A DNA stretch of 64,000 nt. Origin: a plasmid. The stretch lies in the sequence record NZ_OX291475.1; one strand, written 5' to 3'. The notes beneath the pieces are model-generated. The model was not told the origin of the DNA. It searched no databases and saw only the letters and a program-made list of their open reading frames with translations. This document shows, one piece after another, positions 50,736-60,971 of this stretch. Position 1 is the stretch's first letter; each line of letters opens with the position of its first letter. A program made the translations under genes and the position numbers.

Positions 50736-52040
50736 ATGAAACAACAGACTACCTATACGTTGCAGAATGGGAGTGCCTGGCTGGTTGCCGGATTGCACTG
50801 GCAGTATCTGCCGCTACGTGGGCGCCGTAGCATGCGATTACGTGCTAAAGAAGCCCATGCCACACATTGGGCGGCGTTACCTACCGGCGATGGCCAGGCG
50901 CAAGGCACTTTGCTGGGCACCGTCACCCTGTCGGACAAAACACGCCGAAAAGGCGGTCGACATACATTGGCATCAATGGCGTTAGCCGTCCTGCCGGCAT
51001 TACCGGAGGCCTGTTACGGTGTTTTCCCGTTACCGGATGGCCAATACTGGTTTGTGGCTGTCAGCGACGGCATGTTGTCCCCGTTTGGCGATATCGTGGG
51101 TGATGACGCGGCCATACGAATAGCAGTGTCCAATTTTCTGCAAATCACCTCTGCGCCGGTGACGGGTTGGACCATATATGCCCCAAACGGCTTTTTCCCC
51201 GAACAAGGCACCGAAGATAAGGCGCTCTCGACACTGACCGACAATAAGATCGGTTTGCGACGAGCCCGCCTGAGTAAAACCCATAATCCGCAGATGCTGT
51301 GGTTGTGGGGGATTGCGGTGGTGGCGTTGGGCGTAGGGTATACCGGCTATTCGGCATGGCAGGCGCATCAGGAAGAAGTGCGTATTGCCGCTGCTCAGGC
51401 GGCGCTGATGGCCAGGCAACAATTGGAACAACAGGCTCCGGCCGACAATCTGAAGCCCTGGGCAACGCAACCGCGATTCCCGCCGATGCTCAGCGCCTGC
51501 AGTAGCGTGTGGAAAGATGCGCAGATATCTATTGCCGGCTGGGTATTCAATACGGCGACGTGTGATGCTCACGGCACGATCACGCTGCACTACACCTTGC
51601 CGAACGGGGGCACCGTGGGGGACTTTGCCTTGCGGTTACCCGTTATCTATGGCTCAGATATTCAACCGGTGTTCAATATTCCCGGCAGCGCGGATGACGC
51701 TTCCTTTGCGTTACCGGTGTCGATTTCCCCTCCTGAACACCCCGAAGCACTGCTCCCGGGCAGCCAGCAAATCCAGCATCTGACCAGCTATGCCCAGCGT
51801 ATCAATGCCCGTTTGCGCCTTAGCGAAATGGACGCGAGTTCCCAATTAACGCAGGGTGACGTACAAAACCTGCCTTGGCGCACCTACAGCTTTACGTTCA
51901 TTACCGACATTCCGCCCGATCGGTTGTTTGCGCCAACGCGCTTCAACAGCAGCGGGATAAGGGCGTCCAGTATCACGACGACGCTCAAGAACAACCGTCT
52001 GGAATACACCATTGAGGGACTTCTGTATGCCAACCGTTAA
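50736..52040 (+). CDS. pilO: PilO-like pilus assembly protein
   Basis: 434 aa; internal TM; gene order. Confidence 0.45.
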   Translation: MKQQTTYTLQNGSAWLVAGLHWQYLPLRGRRSMRLRAKEAHATHWAALPTGDGQAQGTLLGTVTLSDKTRRKGGRHTLASMALAVLPALPEACYGVFPLPDGQYWFVAVSDGMLSPFGDIVGDDAAIRIAVSNFLQITSAPVTGWTIYAPNGFFPEQGTEDKALSTLTDNKIGLRRARLSKTHNPQMLWLWGIAVVALGVGYTGYSAWQAHQEEVRIAAAQAALMARQQLEQQAPADNLKPWATQPRFPPMLSACSSVWKDAQISIAGWVFNTATCDAHGTITLHYTLPNGGTVGDFALRLPVIYGSDIQPVFNIPGSADDASFALPVSISPPEHPEALLPGSQQIQHLTSYAQRINARLRLSEMDASSQLTQGDVQNLPWRTYSFTFITDIPPDRLFAPTRFNSSGIRASSITTTLKNNRLEYTIEGLLYANR

Positions 52041-52611
52041 ATCATGGGTAACACCCTGGGCATTGTGCCTGGTGTTGACCGCACCCGGTGTATTCGCCGC
52101 GCCTGTCGCTGACATACCGGCGGCTCCCCCTGCTACACCTTCGGCTGAAAAGTTGGTGAAGCCGCCAACGTCAGCAGAGATTTCCCTGCCAACCACGTTC
52201 ACCCGCACCGAGGCTGGGCGAGCGTTAAATCTGGGTCAGTTGGAAGCCATACAGGCTGAGACGGTGCTGTATGAAGCTCAGCTTGCCAGGGCAAAGGCGT
52301 TGAATGAACTGCAAAAGAACGGCTATGACCGTGCCTTGGATCAGCCTTTTAATCCGGCGCCGCCTTCTCAGGACAATAAGGCGGAGGTCAAGGGGGCGGC
52401 TCAAGATGCTGTTCCGCCACAAATCGTGGAGATCACCGGTACCGGCAAGGGGTTTACGGCCGTGCTGGCTCTCAGCAACGGCAATCAGGTCACTGTGCAG
52501 TCAGGGAACCGCATTCCGGGTACGGAATACGTCGTTAAACGGATCAATCTCAATGAGGTCGTTGTCGCCGGGAAGAACCAAACGCTGGTATCTCTTTCCT
52601 TTGCGGGGTAA
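52027..52611 (+). CDS. pilP: PilP-like periplasmic protein
   Basis: Signal peptide MPTVKSWVTPWALCLVLTAPGVFA; gene order. Confidence 0.45.
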   Translation: MPTVKSWVTPWALCLVLTAPGVFAAPVADIPAAPPATPSAEKLVKPPTSAEISLPTTFTRTEAGRALNLGQLEAIQAETVLYEAQLARAKALNELQKNGYDRALDQPFNPAPPSQDNKAEVKGAAQDAVPPQIVEITGTGKGFTAVLALSNGNQVTVQSGNRIPGTEYVVKRINLNEVVVAGKNQTLVSLSFAG

Positions 52612-52616
52612 CCGAT

Positions 52617-54107
52617 ATGTATGAGAAACGTGGTTCAACCTATATCCATTTAGATTTGGCCAATTCTGACGCCCCAACGCTGTATGTGTCTGACGCGCAC
52701 AATAACAGTCTGGCCGTCACGTCAGAGATTGCCGGCGCGTATAAGAAATACCCCAGACTGCAGGTTAAGCGGGTTCAGCTCGACAAGCTGAAAGAGTTGC
52801 AGCAAAGCCAGGTAACCGACAATCCCGCGGCTAACGATTATTCCGCTCAACAGGCGAAAATCATCGGGTTTTTTCGGGAAGCCAAGAAGAAAGGCGCCAG
52901 TGATATTCATCTGCTGATCGGGATGAATAATGTGACTGTGGTGCAATTTCGTGTGCACGGCGACCTTGAAACGTTGACGCAGCTGGATCGCGCCGAAGGA
53001 ATGACGCTGGCGTCGACGATTGTGATGTCCATGTGCGATGTGGCCGAGAAAAGCTTTAATCCCAATCGCGCTCAAGATGGGCGGGTGCGCAAAGAGTTTC
53101 TGCAGGGGCTTAAGTTATTCGGCGCACGTTATGCGCACACGCCGGCAGAATTTGGGTTGTATGTGGTGATGCGCATTTTGCCTGATGAAGGAAAGGCCCC
53201 CCCCACGCTGGACGAACTGGGTTTTTTACCGGAACAGCAAACGCTCATTCGTCGCATGCTGGCGCGGCCTGAAGGCGTCATTATCCTCTCCGGGCCGACC
53301 GGCTCCGGGAAAAGTACCTCCCTGCGTACATTCAGCGAGATGTACCTGTCTTTTACCGGTCACCGCAAACGCTTGATGACGCTGGAAGATCCGCCAGAGG
53401 GGTTGATTCTAGGGGCAGTTCAGACCCCCATCATTGCCGATAAAAACGATCCGGATGCCGTTAGTCGTGCCTGGGTTAGGTCTATTTCTGCCGCGTTGCG
53501 CTTGGATCCTGATGCCATGGTCGTCGGCGAAATTCGTGATGCCAACTCGGTTAAATCTGCACTGACGGCGGCCAAGTCCGGCCACCTGGTGGAAACCACG
53601 CTGCATGCGAATGACGCTGTCGGCATTCTTGACCGTCTGACAGACACGTTGGGCATCCCTATGGGACAGGTGGCCGATCCTCAAGTCATGATCGGTTTAA
53701 TCGCTCAACGACTGGTACAGCTGCTGTGTCCGCACTGCAAGAAAAGCTGGAGTGACGTCAGTGACGGCCTGGAAGACGAGAAAAAAGCGTTACTTGAGCG
53801 CTTTTGCCGCGTGGAGACGTTGGCCTTTCGCCATCCTGAGGGATGTGAGCACTGTTATAAGGGTGTGACGGGCCGGCGTGTCATTGCTGAAGTTATTCGT
53901 CCCGACGCCAAATTCATGGAGCTGTTTCGTCATGAGGGCAAGCTGGCCGCGCGCAGTTATTGGGTGAATGTGCTGTGCGGCATTACCCGCGGTCAGCACC
54001 TATTGCGTTATCTCGATGCCGGGCTGGTCGACCCGATTGATGCGGATTACATCAGTCCGCTTGACGAGGACAGTCTGACCTTGCTACCCCCGGAGGTCAT
54101 ATCATGA
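52617..54107 (+). CDS. pilQ: type IV pilus assembly ATPase (GspE/PilB family) PilQ
   Basis: Walker A LSGPTGSGKST, Walker B, tetra-Cys zinc motif CPHCK..C..C. Confidence 0.8.
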   Translation: MYEKRGSTYIHLDLANSDAPTLYVSDAHNNSLAVTSEIAGAYKKYPRLQVKRVQLDKLKELQQSQVTDNPAANDYSAQQAKIIGFFREAKKKGASDIHLLIGMNNVTVVQFRVHGDLETLTQLDRAEGMTLASTIVMSMCDVAEKSFNPNRAQDGRVRKEFLQGLKLFGARYAHTPAEFGLYVVMRILPDEGKAPPTLDELGFLPEQQTLIRRMLARPEGVIILSGPTGSGKSTSLRTFSEMYLSFTGHRKRLMTLEDPPEGLILGAVQTPIIADKNDPDAVSRAWVRSISAALRLDPDAMVVGEIRDANSVKSALTAAKSGHLVETTLHANDAVGILDRLTDTLGIPMGQVADPQVMIGLIAQRLVQLLCPHCKKSWSDVSDGLEDEKKALLERFCRVETLAFRHPEGCEHCYKGVTGRRVIAEVIRPDAKFMELFRHEGKLAARSYWVNVLCGITRGQHLLRYLDAGLVDPIDADYISPLDEDSLTLLPPEVIS

Positions 54108-55219
54108 TTTCCCGCTTGCGTGAACGTCTGACGGCATTGCGGGGCAATATGCCGTCATCGGAAAAAATGAATGAGGGCTTAGGCCGTTGGTTGGCGCAGA
54201 AAACCTTCTCTACGGCCGACCGCCTGACGCTCTATGAAGACCTGGCTTTCCTGCTCGACAATAACCTTAAAGTAGAAAAAGCCATCAATTCAATGATAGG
54301 GAGCTACGGGAACAAGCGCCCCCCGGTGGTCTATTGTCTGGAGGATATGCTCAGTGCATTGCGTCAGGGCAGATCAGTCGATCAGGGATTGGCGCCATGG
54401 ATACCCCGACAGGAAGCCGCCATCCTCAGCTCCGGTGTTCAGGACGGTAACCTGGCTGCCGCCTTATATCGGGCGATCACCGTGGTTCAGGGGATGTCGG
54501 ATATGAAATCAGCGCTGGTTTCCACACTGGCTTACCCGACGCTGCTGATGGCAACCACGTTCGCCATGATGAAGATGGTGACTGTCTATTTTTTGCCCCG
54601 CCTGGTGTCATTATCCTCCCGAGAAAACTGGGCAGGAGGGCTGTGGTGGCTCAGTGCCATCTCAGAATTCTTTGTCAATAATGCCGTAGTTCTCAGTGGG
54701 CTGATGATCTTGTTAATTGGGTTCGTTGTTTGGTCAATGCCCAATCTGATTGGGAAAATACGACAGCATGTTTTGGACCGTTTATTGCCCTGGAGTGTGT
54801 ATCGCGACGTACTTGGCGTAGGCTTCCTGCTGAATTTCAGTGCGTTGATGCGTGCTCAGGTGAAGACGGAAGACGCCATCGAGATGCTGAGTCGCTATGC
54901 GCCGCCCTGGTTGTATGAACGATTGGCCGCCACTCAGCGTCAGGTTAAACAAGGTGACCACCTGGGGCTGGCATTACGCAATGCCGGCTACGGATTTCCC
55001 TCCCCACGCGCTATCGACAAGTTGGTCCTGCTAACCGATGGCGATAACGCTGAAATCATAATTGAAAATTTTGCACGGGCCTGGCTTGTGCAAACCGTAG
55101 CCCGGATCAAGCGGACGGCATCTTTGCTTTCTTACATCGCATTGAGCACCAACGCTGGCTACATGATCCTGATCCTCCTGGCCACACAAAACCTCAATGA
55201 CCTCGTGGGTGCACGTTAG
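54104..55219 (+). CDS. pilR: GspF/PilC-family inner-membrane platform protein PilR
   Basis: 371 aa polytopic; follows ATPase with 4-nt overlap. Confidence 0.65.
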   Translation: MISRLRERLTALRGNMPSSEKMNEGLGRWLAQKTFSTADRLTLYEDLAFLLDNNLKVEKAINSMIGSYGNKRPPVVYCLEDMLSALRQGRSVDQGLAPWIPRQEAAILSSGVQDGNLAAALYRAITVVQGMSDMKSALVSTLAYPTLLMATTFAMMKMVTVYFLPRLVSLSSRENWAGGLWWLSAISEFFVNNAVVLSGLMILLIGFVVWSMPNLIGKIRQHVLDRLLPWSVYRDVLGVGFLLNFSALMRAQVKTEDAIEMLSRYAPPWLYERLAATQRQVKQGDHLGLALRNAGYGFPSPRAIDKLVLLTDGDNAEIIIENFARAWLVQTVARIKRTASLLSYIALSTNAGYMILILLATQNLNDLVGAR

Positions 55220-55254
55220 CCCCCCACTCTTTTAAAAACCTAAAGGAAACAGTA

Positions 55255-55845
55255 ATGGAACTGACACAAACCCCTCACTCGGCCGTCAACCGTGGAGCTC
55301 TCAACCTGCTTGAAGCGGCCATTTTTTTTGTTCTTGTACTCCTGGTCTTAGCTCTAGCCATTACCCAAGGAGGCGCTTTATTTAATCGTAACGACGCCAG
55401 CACTGAGTACGCCAATGCTGCAGAACTTATGACCAATACTCGGACCATGTTGAAAACCTCGGGTACTTATAACTTTGCTGCAGCTGATGCCATGACGGGT
55501 GCACTGATCCAGTTTGGTGGGGCTCCTGCCAACATGACAGTAGTAGGCACAAAGTCATCCGGGTCCGCGAAATTACAAAACCTGTGGGGCGGCGCGGTCA
55601 CAGTGCAACCTGTTGCCACTGCAGGCGGTCAAAAATCCACATTCTCACTGACCTACGCGGCAATCCCTCAGGAAGCCTGTATTACCCTAGCGACCAAACT
55701 GAGTGCGGCACCGAGTGTTGTGACCACTATGGTAAACGGCACATCGACTAATGGCGCGATCGCTGCCAGCGCCATTGGCGCGCAGTGCACTGCAGATAAA
55801 GGCTCCGTTGGTCAAAACACCCTCACTTTCACCAGCAACACCTGA
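55255..55845 (+). CDS. pilS: type IVb prepilin (major pilin) PilS
   Basis: Long leader then hydrophobic segment NLLEAAIFFVLVLLVLALAI. Confidence 0.65.
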   Translation: MELTQTPHSAVNRGALNLLEAAIFFVLVLLVLALAITQGGALFNRNDASTEYANAAELMTNTRTMLKTSGTYNFAAADAMTGALIQFGGAPANMTVVGTKSSGSAKLQNLWGGAVTVQPVATAGGQKSTFSLTYAAIPQEACITLATKLSAAPSVVTTMVNGTSTNGAIAASAIGAQCTADKGSVGQNTLTFTSNT

Positions 55846-55899
55846 TGCCCATCCCGCCGGTAACGTCCTGTTGCCGGCCTCCTTCTGGAGTGCATTCTT

Positions 55900-56385
55900 A
55901 TGTTGTTTTCATTTCAACGTGCCTTGTCCTGCCTGGTGCTGGGCGGGGCGTTATTATTATCGCTGCCGGCACAGGCGTTCTGTTTTAACGAGGCGGGCGC
56001 CCGCTATAAAGTCGACCCCTTATTACTGCGTTCAATGGCCACCGTTGAAAGCAGTCTTAACCCACGTGCTATCGGCAATAATCGCGATAAAAAAGGACGG
56101 GTCACCAGCCGAGACTTCGGGCTGATGCAGATTAATGACCGACACATACCCCAGCTGCGTGCGCTGGGCATTATTCAAAGTGAGCAGGACCTGCTGACAA
56201 ATACGTGTCTCAACGTACAGATAGGGGCCTGGATACTGGCAAAACATCTCAAGCAATGCGGCGTCAATTGGCAATGCCTCGGTTCCTACAATGCCGGGTT
56301 TGCTGACAACAACGGTCCGCGGCGCATGATATATGCGCGGAAAGTGTATGCGATGTACATGAAACTTAAGGGCGGTGCAGCCTGA
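55900..56385 (+). CDS. pilT: lytic transglycosylase (SLT domain) PilT
   Basis: Signal peptide; ..ESSLNPRAIG..GLMQIN.. SLT catalytic Glu motif. Confidence 0.7.
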   Translation: MLFSFQRALSCLVLGGALLLSLPAQAFCFNEAGARYKVDPLLLRSMATVESSLNPRAIGNNRDKKGRVTSRDFGLMQINDRHIPQLRALGIIQSEQDLLTNTCLNVQIGAWILAKHLKQCGVNWQCLGSYNAGFADNNGPRRMIYARKVYAMYMKLKGGAA

Positions 56386-57053
56386 TGACCCTGTATCTCC
56401 TGAAGTTCTCGTTACTGATGGCCTTCGCCAGCGCCACTTTGTGCATTGGTGCCCAACCGTTGGTTCACGGGGCGAAACAATTCTTGCGGAAGCATGATGG
56501 TCCGCCACTCACCCGGCTGCAGGTCAGAGGCGTCACAATCGTTTTCGCCGGTACCGGTACTGTCCTGATCGCAACAACAGCACTCGCGGGTTTCCCCTGG
56601 TTAGGAACGGTCAAAATTCTGGGGCTGTTTGCGTGTGCTATTCCCATGGTGCTGCTTGATATGCGCAATTACTGGCTCCCGCTGCGTTATACCTCCGTTT
56701 TTTGGCTGACAGGTCTGCTGTTTACCTGTTTGCCTGGGAGCACACTCACCCTGACGGAGGCGCTCACAGGCAGTATCGGTATGTTTATGTTCCTCTATGC
56801 CTTTCACTACGGCGCCAAACGCCTGCGGGGTGAAGAAGGGTTTGGTCTGGGCGATGTGCATTTGATTGCCGCGCTGTGTGCCTGGTTTCCCTGGCGATTG
56901 GCTAGCGTGCTGAGTGGATGTGCCTTCTTGCTGTTTATCGTCGGCGCGTTGCTGACGAAAAAAACGGTTCAACCTTATGCCCCCTGGCTGTTCGCCTTAC
57001 TGGCGATTTTGGCCGGAAGCTTCCCTCAACTGACCCTATCAGGTGCCTTATGA
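56385..57053 (+). CDS. pilU: prepilin peptidase (A24 family) PilU
   Basis: Polytopic; ..GLGDVHLIAAL.. second Asp motif. Confidence 0.65.
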   Translation: MTLYLLKFSLLMAFASATLCIGAQPLVHGAKQFLRKHDGPPLTRLQVRGVTIVFAGTGTVLIATTALAGFPWLGTVKILGLFACAIPMVLLDMRNYWLPLRYTSVFWLTGLLFTCLPGSTLTLTEALTGSIGMFMFLYAFHYGAKRLRGEEGFGLGDVHLIAALCAWFPWRLASVLSGCAFLLFIVGALLTKKTVQPYAPWLFALLAILAGSFPQLTLSGAL

Positions 57054-58435
57054 CTGCTGAAATTGCCAACCCTCGTATCAACCGGGGGATGTCGTTGATC
57101 TCAATGGCCATCGTGCTTGGGATTGTGTTGATTGCCGCCCCTATCGGGCTGGAAAGATATTCCAACTATATAGAGGAACAAACCTGGGTCGTGACAGCCA
57201 CACACCTGAGCACGGTGAGCCAGGGTGCACGCCGATACGTCAAAGATAACTATGATGCCTTGCTGAATCAGGTTAAAGGGGGTGGAAACGTCACGGTAAC
57301 CGGACAGACTCTGCGCGATAAAGGGTATTTACCGGCGGGCTTTTCTCTGACCAACAATAACGCCCAAACCTATATTCTTGCCGTGACACGCAATCCTGCG
57401 CAAACCGACAAACTGGTCGCCTTTGTTTTGACCGCTGGCGGTCAGAACATTGCGTTCAAGGGCCAACGCTATATTGCTCAGAATACTTCTGGCTTGGGGG
57501 GTTATATCGAACCCGTTAATGTGGCCAACGGCGCCGGCGGTGGCTGGCAGGTCAACCTATCGAATTTGGGGCTCAGCGGGCAGAGTGGTCACTTGGCAGC
57601 CTATCTGACGTCTGATGTATTGGCTGGAGGAGCGGAAGAAAGTGATCGCCTGTATCGTTTCCAGGTTAACGGTCGTCCCGACCTCAACAAAATGCATACT
57701 GCGATCGATATGGGGGCCAATGACCTGCATAACGCAAATATTGTTGATGCAAATACGGGTAACTTCAAGCAAAACGTCAACGGGCAGAATGTCTATGCGA
57801 GTGCGGATATGTCGGCAAATCGTATTTCATCCAACACTTCGGTTTGGGCCGGGGGCTGGATTGGGGCTGTCGGGGATGTCCGGAGTGATACTGGTTGGCT
57901 CATCAGTAAACACGGGAAAGGCTGGCTCAATGAAGATCACGGTGGCGGATTTTATATGGATGATAATGACTGGATCCGCTCGGTTAATAACAAAGGTATA
58001 TATACAGGAGGGCAGCTAAAAGGCGGAACTGTTAGGGCCGACGGGCGAGCTTCCGTTGGTGAATATTTGCAACTTGATGGTACAGCCAACGCAGGGTGGG
58101 GATGTAGTCCAAATGGACTCGTAGGAAGAACGCCCGAAGGTATTCTACTTTCTTGCCAGAACGGAATTTGGAAATCATTAGGTGCGCTAGATACATTTAA
58201 TGTAACTAGCGATGAGCAATGTCAAAATCTCAAAGAAGCGAGAGCCTATTGCCCCGCGGGAACAAAATTAGTGTCTGGAGGATATCGACTGTCTCGTTGG
58301 ACGGCTAGTGATGCAGCACATAACTCTCCTGACGCTGCTTATCCTGATATCTTTTCAAATAGCTGGATTGTGGTTACACCTAATAATGAATGGCGCACGA
58401 CGTGCTTTCAGGCTATTGCTATTTGTACTAAATGA
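57050..58435 (+). CDS. pilV: PilV-like minor pilin / tip adhesin (prepilin-type N-terminus, ~460 aa)
   Basis: MTAEIANPRINRGMSLISMAIVLGIVLIAAPIG prepilin-like; ATGA overlap with pilU; C-terminal ~130 codons markedly lower GC. Confidence 0.6.
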   Translation: MTAEIANPRINRGMSLISMAIVLGIVLIAAPIGLERYSNYIEEQTWVVTATHLSTVSQGARRYVKDNYDALLNQVKGGGNVTVTGQTLRDKGYLPAGFSLTNNNAQTYILAVTRNPAQTDKLVAFVLTAGGQNIAFKGQRYIAQNTSGLGGYIEPVNVANGAGGGWQVNLSNLGLSGQSGHLAAYLTSDVLAGGAEESDRLYRFQVNGRPDLNKMHTAIDMGANDLHNANIVDANTGNFKQNVNGQNVYASADMSANRISSNTSVWAGGWIGAVGDVRSDTGWLISKHGKGWLNEDHGGGFYMDDNDWIRSVNNKGIYTGGQLKGGTVRADGRASVGEYLQLDGTANAGWGCSPNGLVGRTPEGILLSCQNGIWKSLGALDTFNVTSDEQCQNLKEARAYCPAGTKLVSGGYRLSRWTASDAAHNSPDAAYPDIFSNSWIVVTPNNEWRTTCFQAIAICTK

Positions 58436-58514
58436 CATAAGGATATTGAGAGTGGAGTTTCATAACTCAATGTAATATAATTTATTTTTAATTCATTCAA
58501 TTTTAAGAACTTTT

Positions 58515-59591
58515 ATGAAAAATGATAAATTGGCAAGCATTCAAGTACTGAGAGGACTTGCAGCGCTTGCTGTTATGCTATTTCACTTCCGCTGGAATAT
58601 AAATCTGTCCTATCCTAAATTGGGCGATCAGTTATTCGGATGGGGGGCAATTGGTGTTGATATGTTTTTCATAATCAGTGGGTTTGTTATCACGCTTTCA
58701 GCAAAGAAACTAACACCAGGACTATCGGCGGTAGGGATGTTTTTGAAACACCGCGCAAGGCGAATACTACCGACCTACTTTATTATCCTGCTAATTACTT
58801 TCCTTTTGTCTGGGGCCATGAGTACGTTCCATTATCCAGAGAAAGTGAGTAATTTTGCGAGCGCACTCACTTTCTCACCAATCGATGCCAATAACGCTCC
58901 ATTCTATGTTGATGATGGCGGTGTCTATGGTATTCGATGGACATTGAACTACGAAGTTTTTTTCTACTTGGCAATGGCAATTTGTCTTATATCAAAATAT
59001 CGATGGCCACTGTTGCTTGGTGTGTTTTCGTTAAGCCTGGTTGTTTTACCTATGTTGGCTGGGCAATCACCAACCTTGGCGGTTAGTGGCTATCAATTTC
59101 ATTCAGCTTACTTAAATTTAATGACTAATCCCATCATATGGCAGTTTTTGGTTGGTGTTGGGTTTGGACTTATCTATCCCTATGCAAAAAAATTAAATAG
59201 TCAATTATGTTTAGCAATGCTAGCTGTGGCAATAGTTGTTACTGGGTACTGCATTCTATTTACATCATCACTGGGTCATGGGTTAATGATGTCAGGATGG
59301 TATCTGTCAATTTTGTTTATTGCTGTAATTTTAAATGACGAACTTATAGCGAAATACACGCCAAGATTTTTAGTCACTTTTGGAGAAATATCATTCTCTC
59401 TCTATCTCATACACACGCTAATGAATGGTGGGATAGGAAATCGTCTTGAAAATCTTGGTGTACCCGATGGCACCCCAAGATTTATTTGGTCATGCGTCAT
59501 TTCCATAGGATTAGCCTACTTGTCGCATAGGTTTATTGAAAAACCTATGCGTTGGGGAAAAATAAAAGCTGTAAAGATTCAGGAAGCGTAG
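58515..59591 (+). CDS. acyltransferase-3 (OafA/YrhL) family integral membrane acyltransferase
   Basis: 358 aa, ~10 TM; ..LRGLAALAVMLFHF.. motif; AT-rich. Confidence 0.65.
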   Translation: MKNDKLASIQVLRGLAALAVMLFHFRWNINLSYPKLGDQLFGWGAIGVDMFFIISGFVITLSAKKLTPGLSAVGMFLKHRARRILPTYFIILLITFLLSGAMSTFHYPEKVSNFASALTFSPIDANNAPFYVDDGGVYGIRWTLNYEVFFYLAMAICLISKYRWPLLLGVFSLSLVVLPMLAGQSPTLAVSGYQFHSAYLNLMTNPIIWQFLVGVGFGLIYPYAKKLNSQLCLAMLAVAIVVTGYCILFTSSLGHGLMMSGWYLSILFIAVILNDELIAKYTPRFLVTFGEISFSLYLIHTLMNGGIGNRLENLGVPDGTPRFIWSCVISIGLAYLSHRFIEKPMRWGKIKAVKIQEA

Positions 59592-59593
59592 TT

Positions 59594-59620
59594 AAAAAAA
59601 GGGGGGAAGCCCCCTTTTCC
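59594..59620 (+). terminator. rho-independent terminator
   Basis: AAAAAAAGGGGGGAAGCCCCCTTTTCC. Confidence 0.55.
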
Positions 59621-59691
59621 ATATTCCCTACCATGCCCATAGCTAAATCTCTCATAATTGCAAAAACCTCGAATATATAGGATAAAGAAAC

Positions 59692-60156
59692 ATGAAAATT
59701 TCTTGCATGTTATTCTTTTTGCCTGTGGTGCTTAGTGGATGTCAACTCCCAGCTAAAAGCACTACAGTCATGCCGCTTCAAAATACGGACATTCAATATG
59801 ATACTCAGGAAATTCAAAACACACAGAATACTTTGTATTTTTCTGGAGTTATAAATCAAAAAAAAACCACCTTATTTACACCAGGAATTAGTGCTAACTC
59901 TCAGCGAGTTTCGGTAGATTGGGATGGAGATGCTATCGAACTGCTCAGTCAGTTAGCGCATCAACGCGGTTTGTCCTTTGCCTATACGGGCGTTCGCCTG
60001 CCCCTGCCCCTGACAATCCATGTACAGGCCGCAACCTTTGAACAGGTTCTGCGTTTGGTTCGCGCCCAGATCGATTGGCGAGCTCAGTTGGATCAGCAGC
60101 CAACAGAGCTACGGCTCTATTTCATGTTGCCCCTGAAAAAAGGAAAACTGGCATGA
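59692..60156 (+). CDS. traH: DotD/TraH-like lipoprotein (type IVB secretion)
   Basis: Lipobox LSGC; 154 aa; R64 order traH-traI-traJ-traK conserved. Confidence 0.45.
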   Translation: MKISCMLFFLPVVLSGCQLPAKSTTVMPLQNTDIQYDTQEIQNTQNTLYFSGVINQKKTTLFTPGISANSQRVSVDWDGDAIELLSQLAHQRGLSFAYTGVRLPLPLTIHVQAATFEQVLRLVRAQIDWRAQLDQQPTELRLYFMLPLKKGKLA

Positions 60157-60941
60157 CACGAAAAGCCCTGGCCCTGTGCCTGGCACTTGTCACGGTGCCG
60201 GCTATCGGGGCTACAACTGAATCATCCCCGCCACCAAGTATTGATGCCTATTTGTCACCCAAGACAATAGACAAACATGGCCTTAACGACACGCTCTGGC
60301 AGCTACTAAATGATGCAGGTCAAACCGTTGGTTTTCGTGGGGGAAAGGCTCAACGCGCCTGGGAGCTTCAACAGGCTCTGAATGGTCAGAACGATGCGCT
60401 TAATCGCCTATATACGTTCGCCCCCCTCATCAGCAGACAAGGTTGGTTACCTCCGGTGATCGTAGCATCTGAATCTCTGGCCCACATTACCGATAGTCAG
60501 ATCCGCACAGCTAACAAGGTCTACAACATTCTCGTTCCCGAGCGATTTGTCAGTAACCCGCCGACCTGGCGCCAATATTTGCTGGCTGGCTTGGGCATCA
60601 ACACAGACATTCCAACGGAAATCCGTCCTAAAAATGGAGATGAGGAAAAAGTCTGGAGGGCAGCCATAGAGAAAGGGTGGCAGGAAGGGCGAGAAAGTGC
60701 CGACCGAACCCTAGAAAGTAATTTTGGACGACTGACCCGGGATTACACAGGAATGGTGCGTTATTCCACCCTTGTACAACAGGGCATGATCACACCACCA
60801 GTGGTCAGCGAACAACTGCAGTCTGTCACCGGTTCGAAAGACAAGCTGATGCTGGGCGATAAAGTCCGTGACCTGAAACAACGTGCCGGCTTCGAGCTGG
60901 ATAAAAAACGCTGGAAGCCCACGATAAACACCCAACAGTAA
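60153..60941 (+). CDS. traI: DotC/TraI-like periplasmic protein (type IVB secretion)
   Basis: Start MTRKALALCLALVTVPAIGA signal peptide; ATGA overlap with previous gene. Confidence 0.4.
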   Translation: MTRKALALCLALVTVPAIGATTESSPPPSIDAYLSPKTIDKHGLNDTLWQLLNDAGQTVGFRGGKAQRAWELQQALNGQNDALNRLYTFAPLISRQGWLPPVIVASESLAHITDSQIRTANKVYNILVPERFVSNPPTWRQYLLAGLGINTDIPTEIRPKNGDEEKVWRAAIEKGWQEGRESADRTLESNFGRLTRDYTGMVRYSTLVQQGMITPPVVSEQLQSVTGSKDKLMLGDKVRDLKQRAGFELDKKRWKPTINTQQ

Positions 60942-60971
60942 TCAACATCACACTCAGCAAGGAGTGTCGAC

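Noticed and set aside
57900-58520. Shufflon (multiple inverted pilV C-terminal segments with 19-bp repeats and rci)
   Set aside because: There is only one continuous pilV ORF, no rci-like recombinase downstream, and no repeated 19-bp motif or additional C-terminal exon-like segments detectable by eye. The GC drop is better explained by a fixed swapped tip domain.
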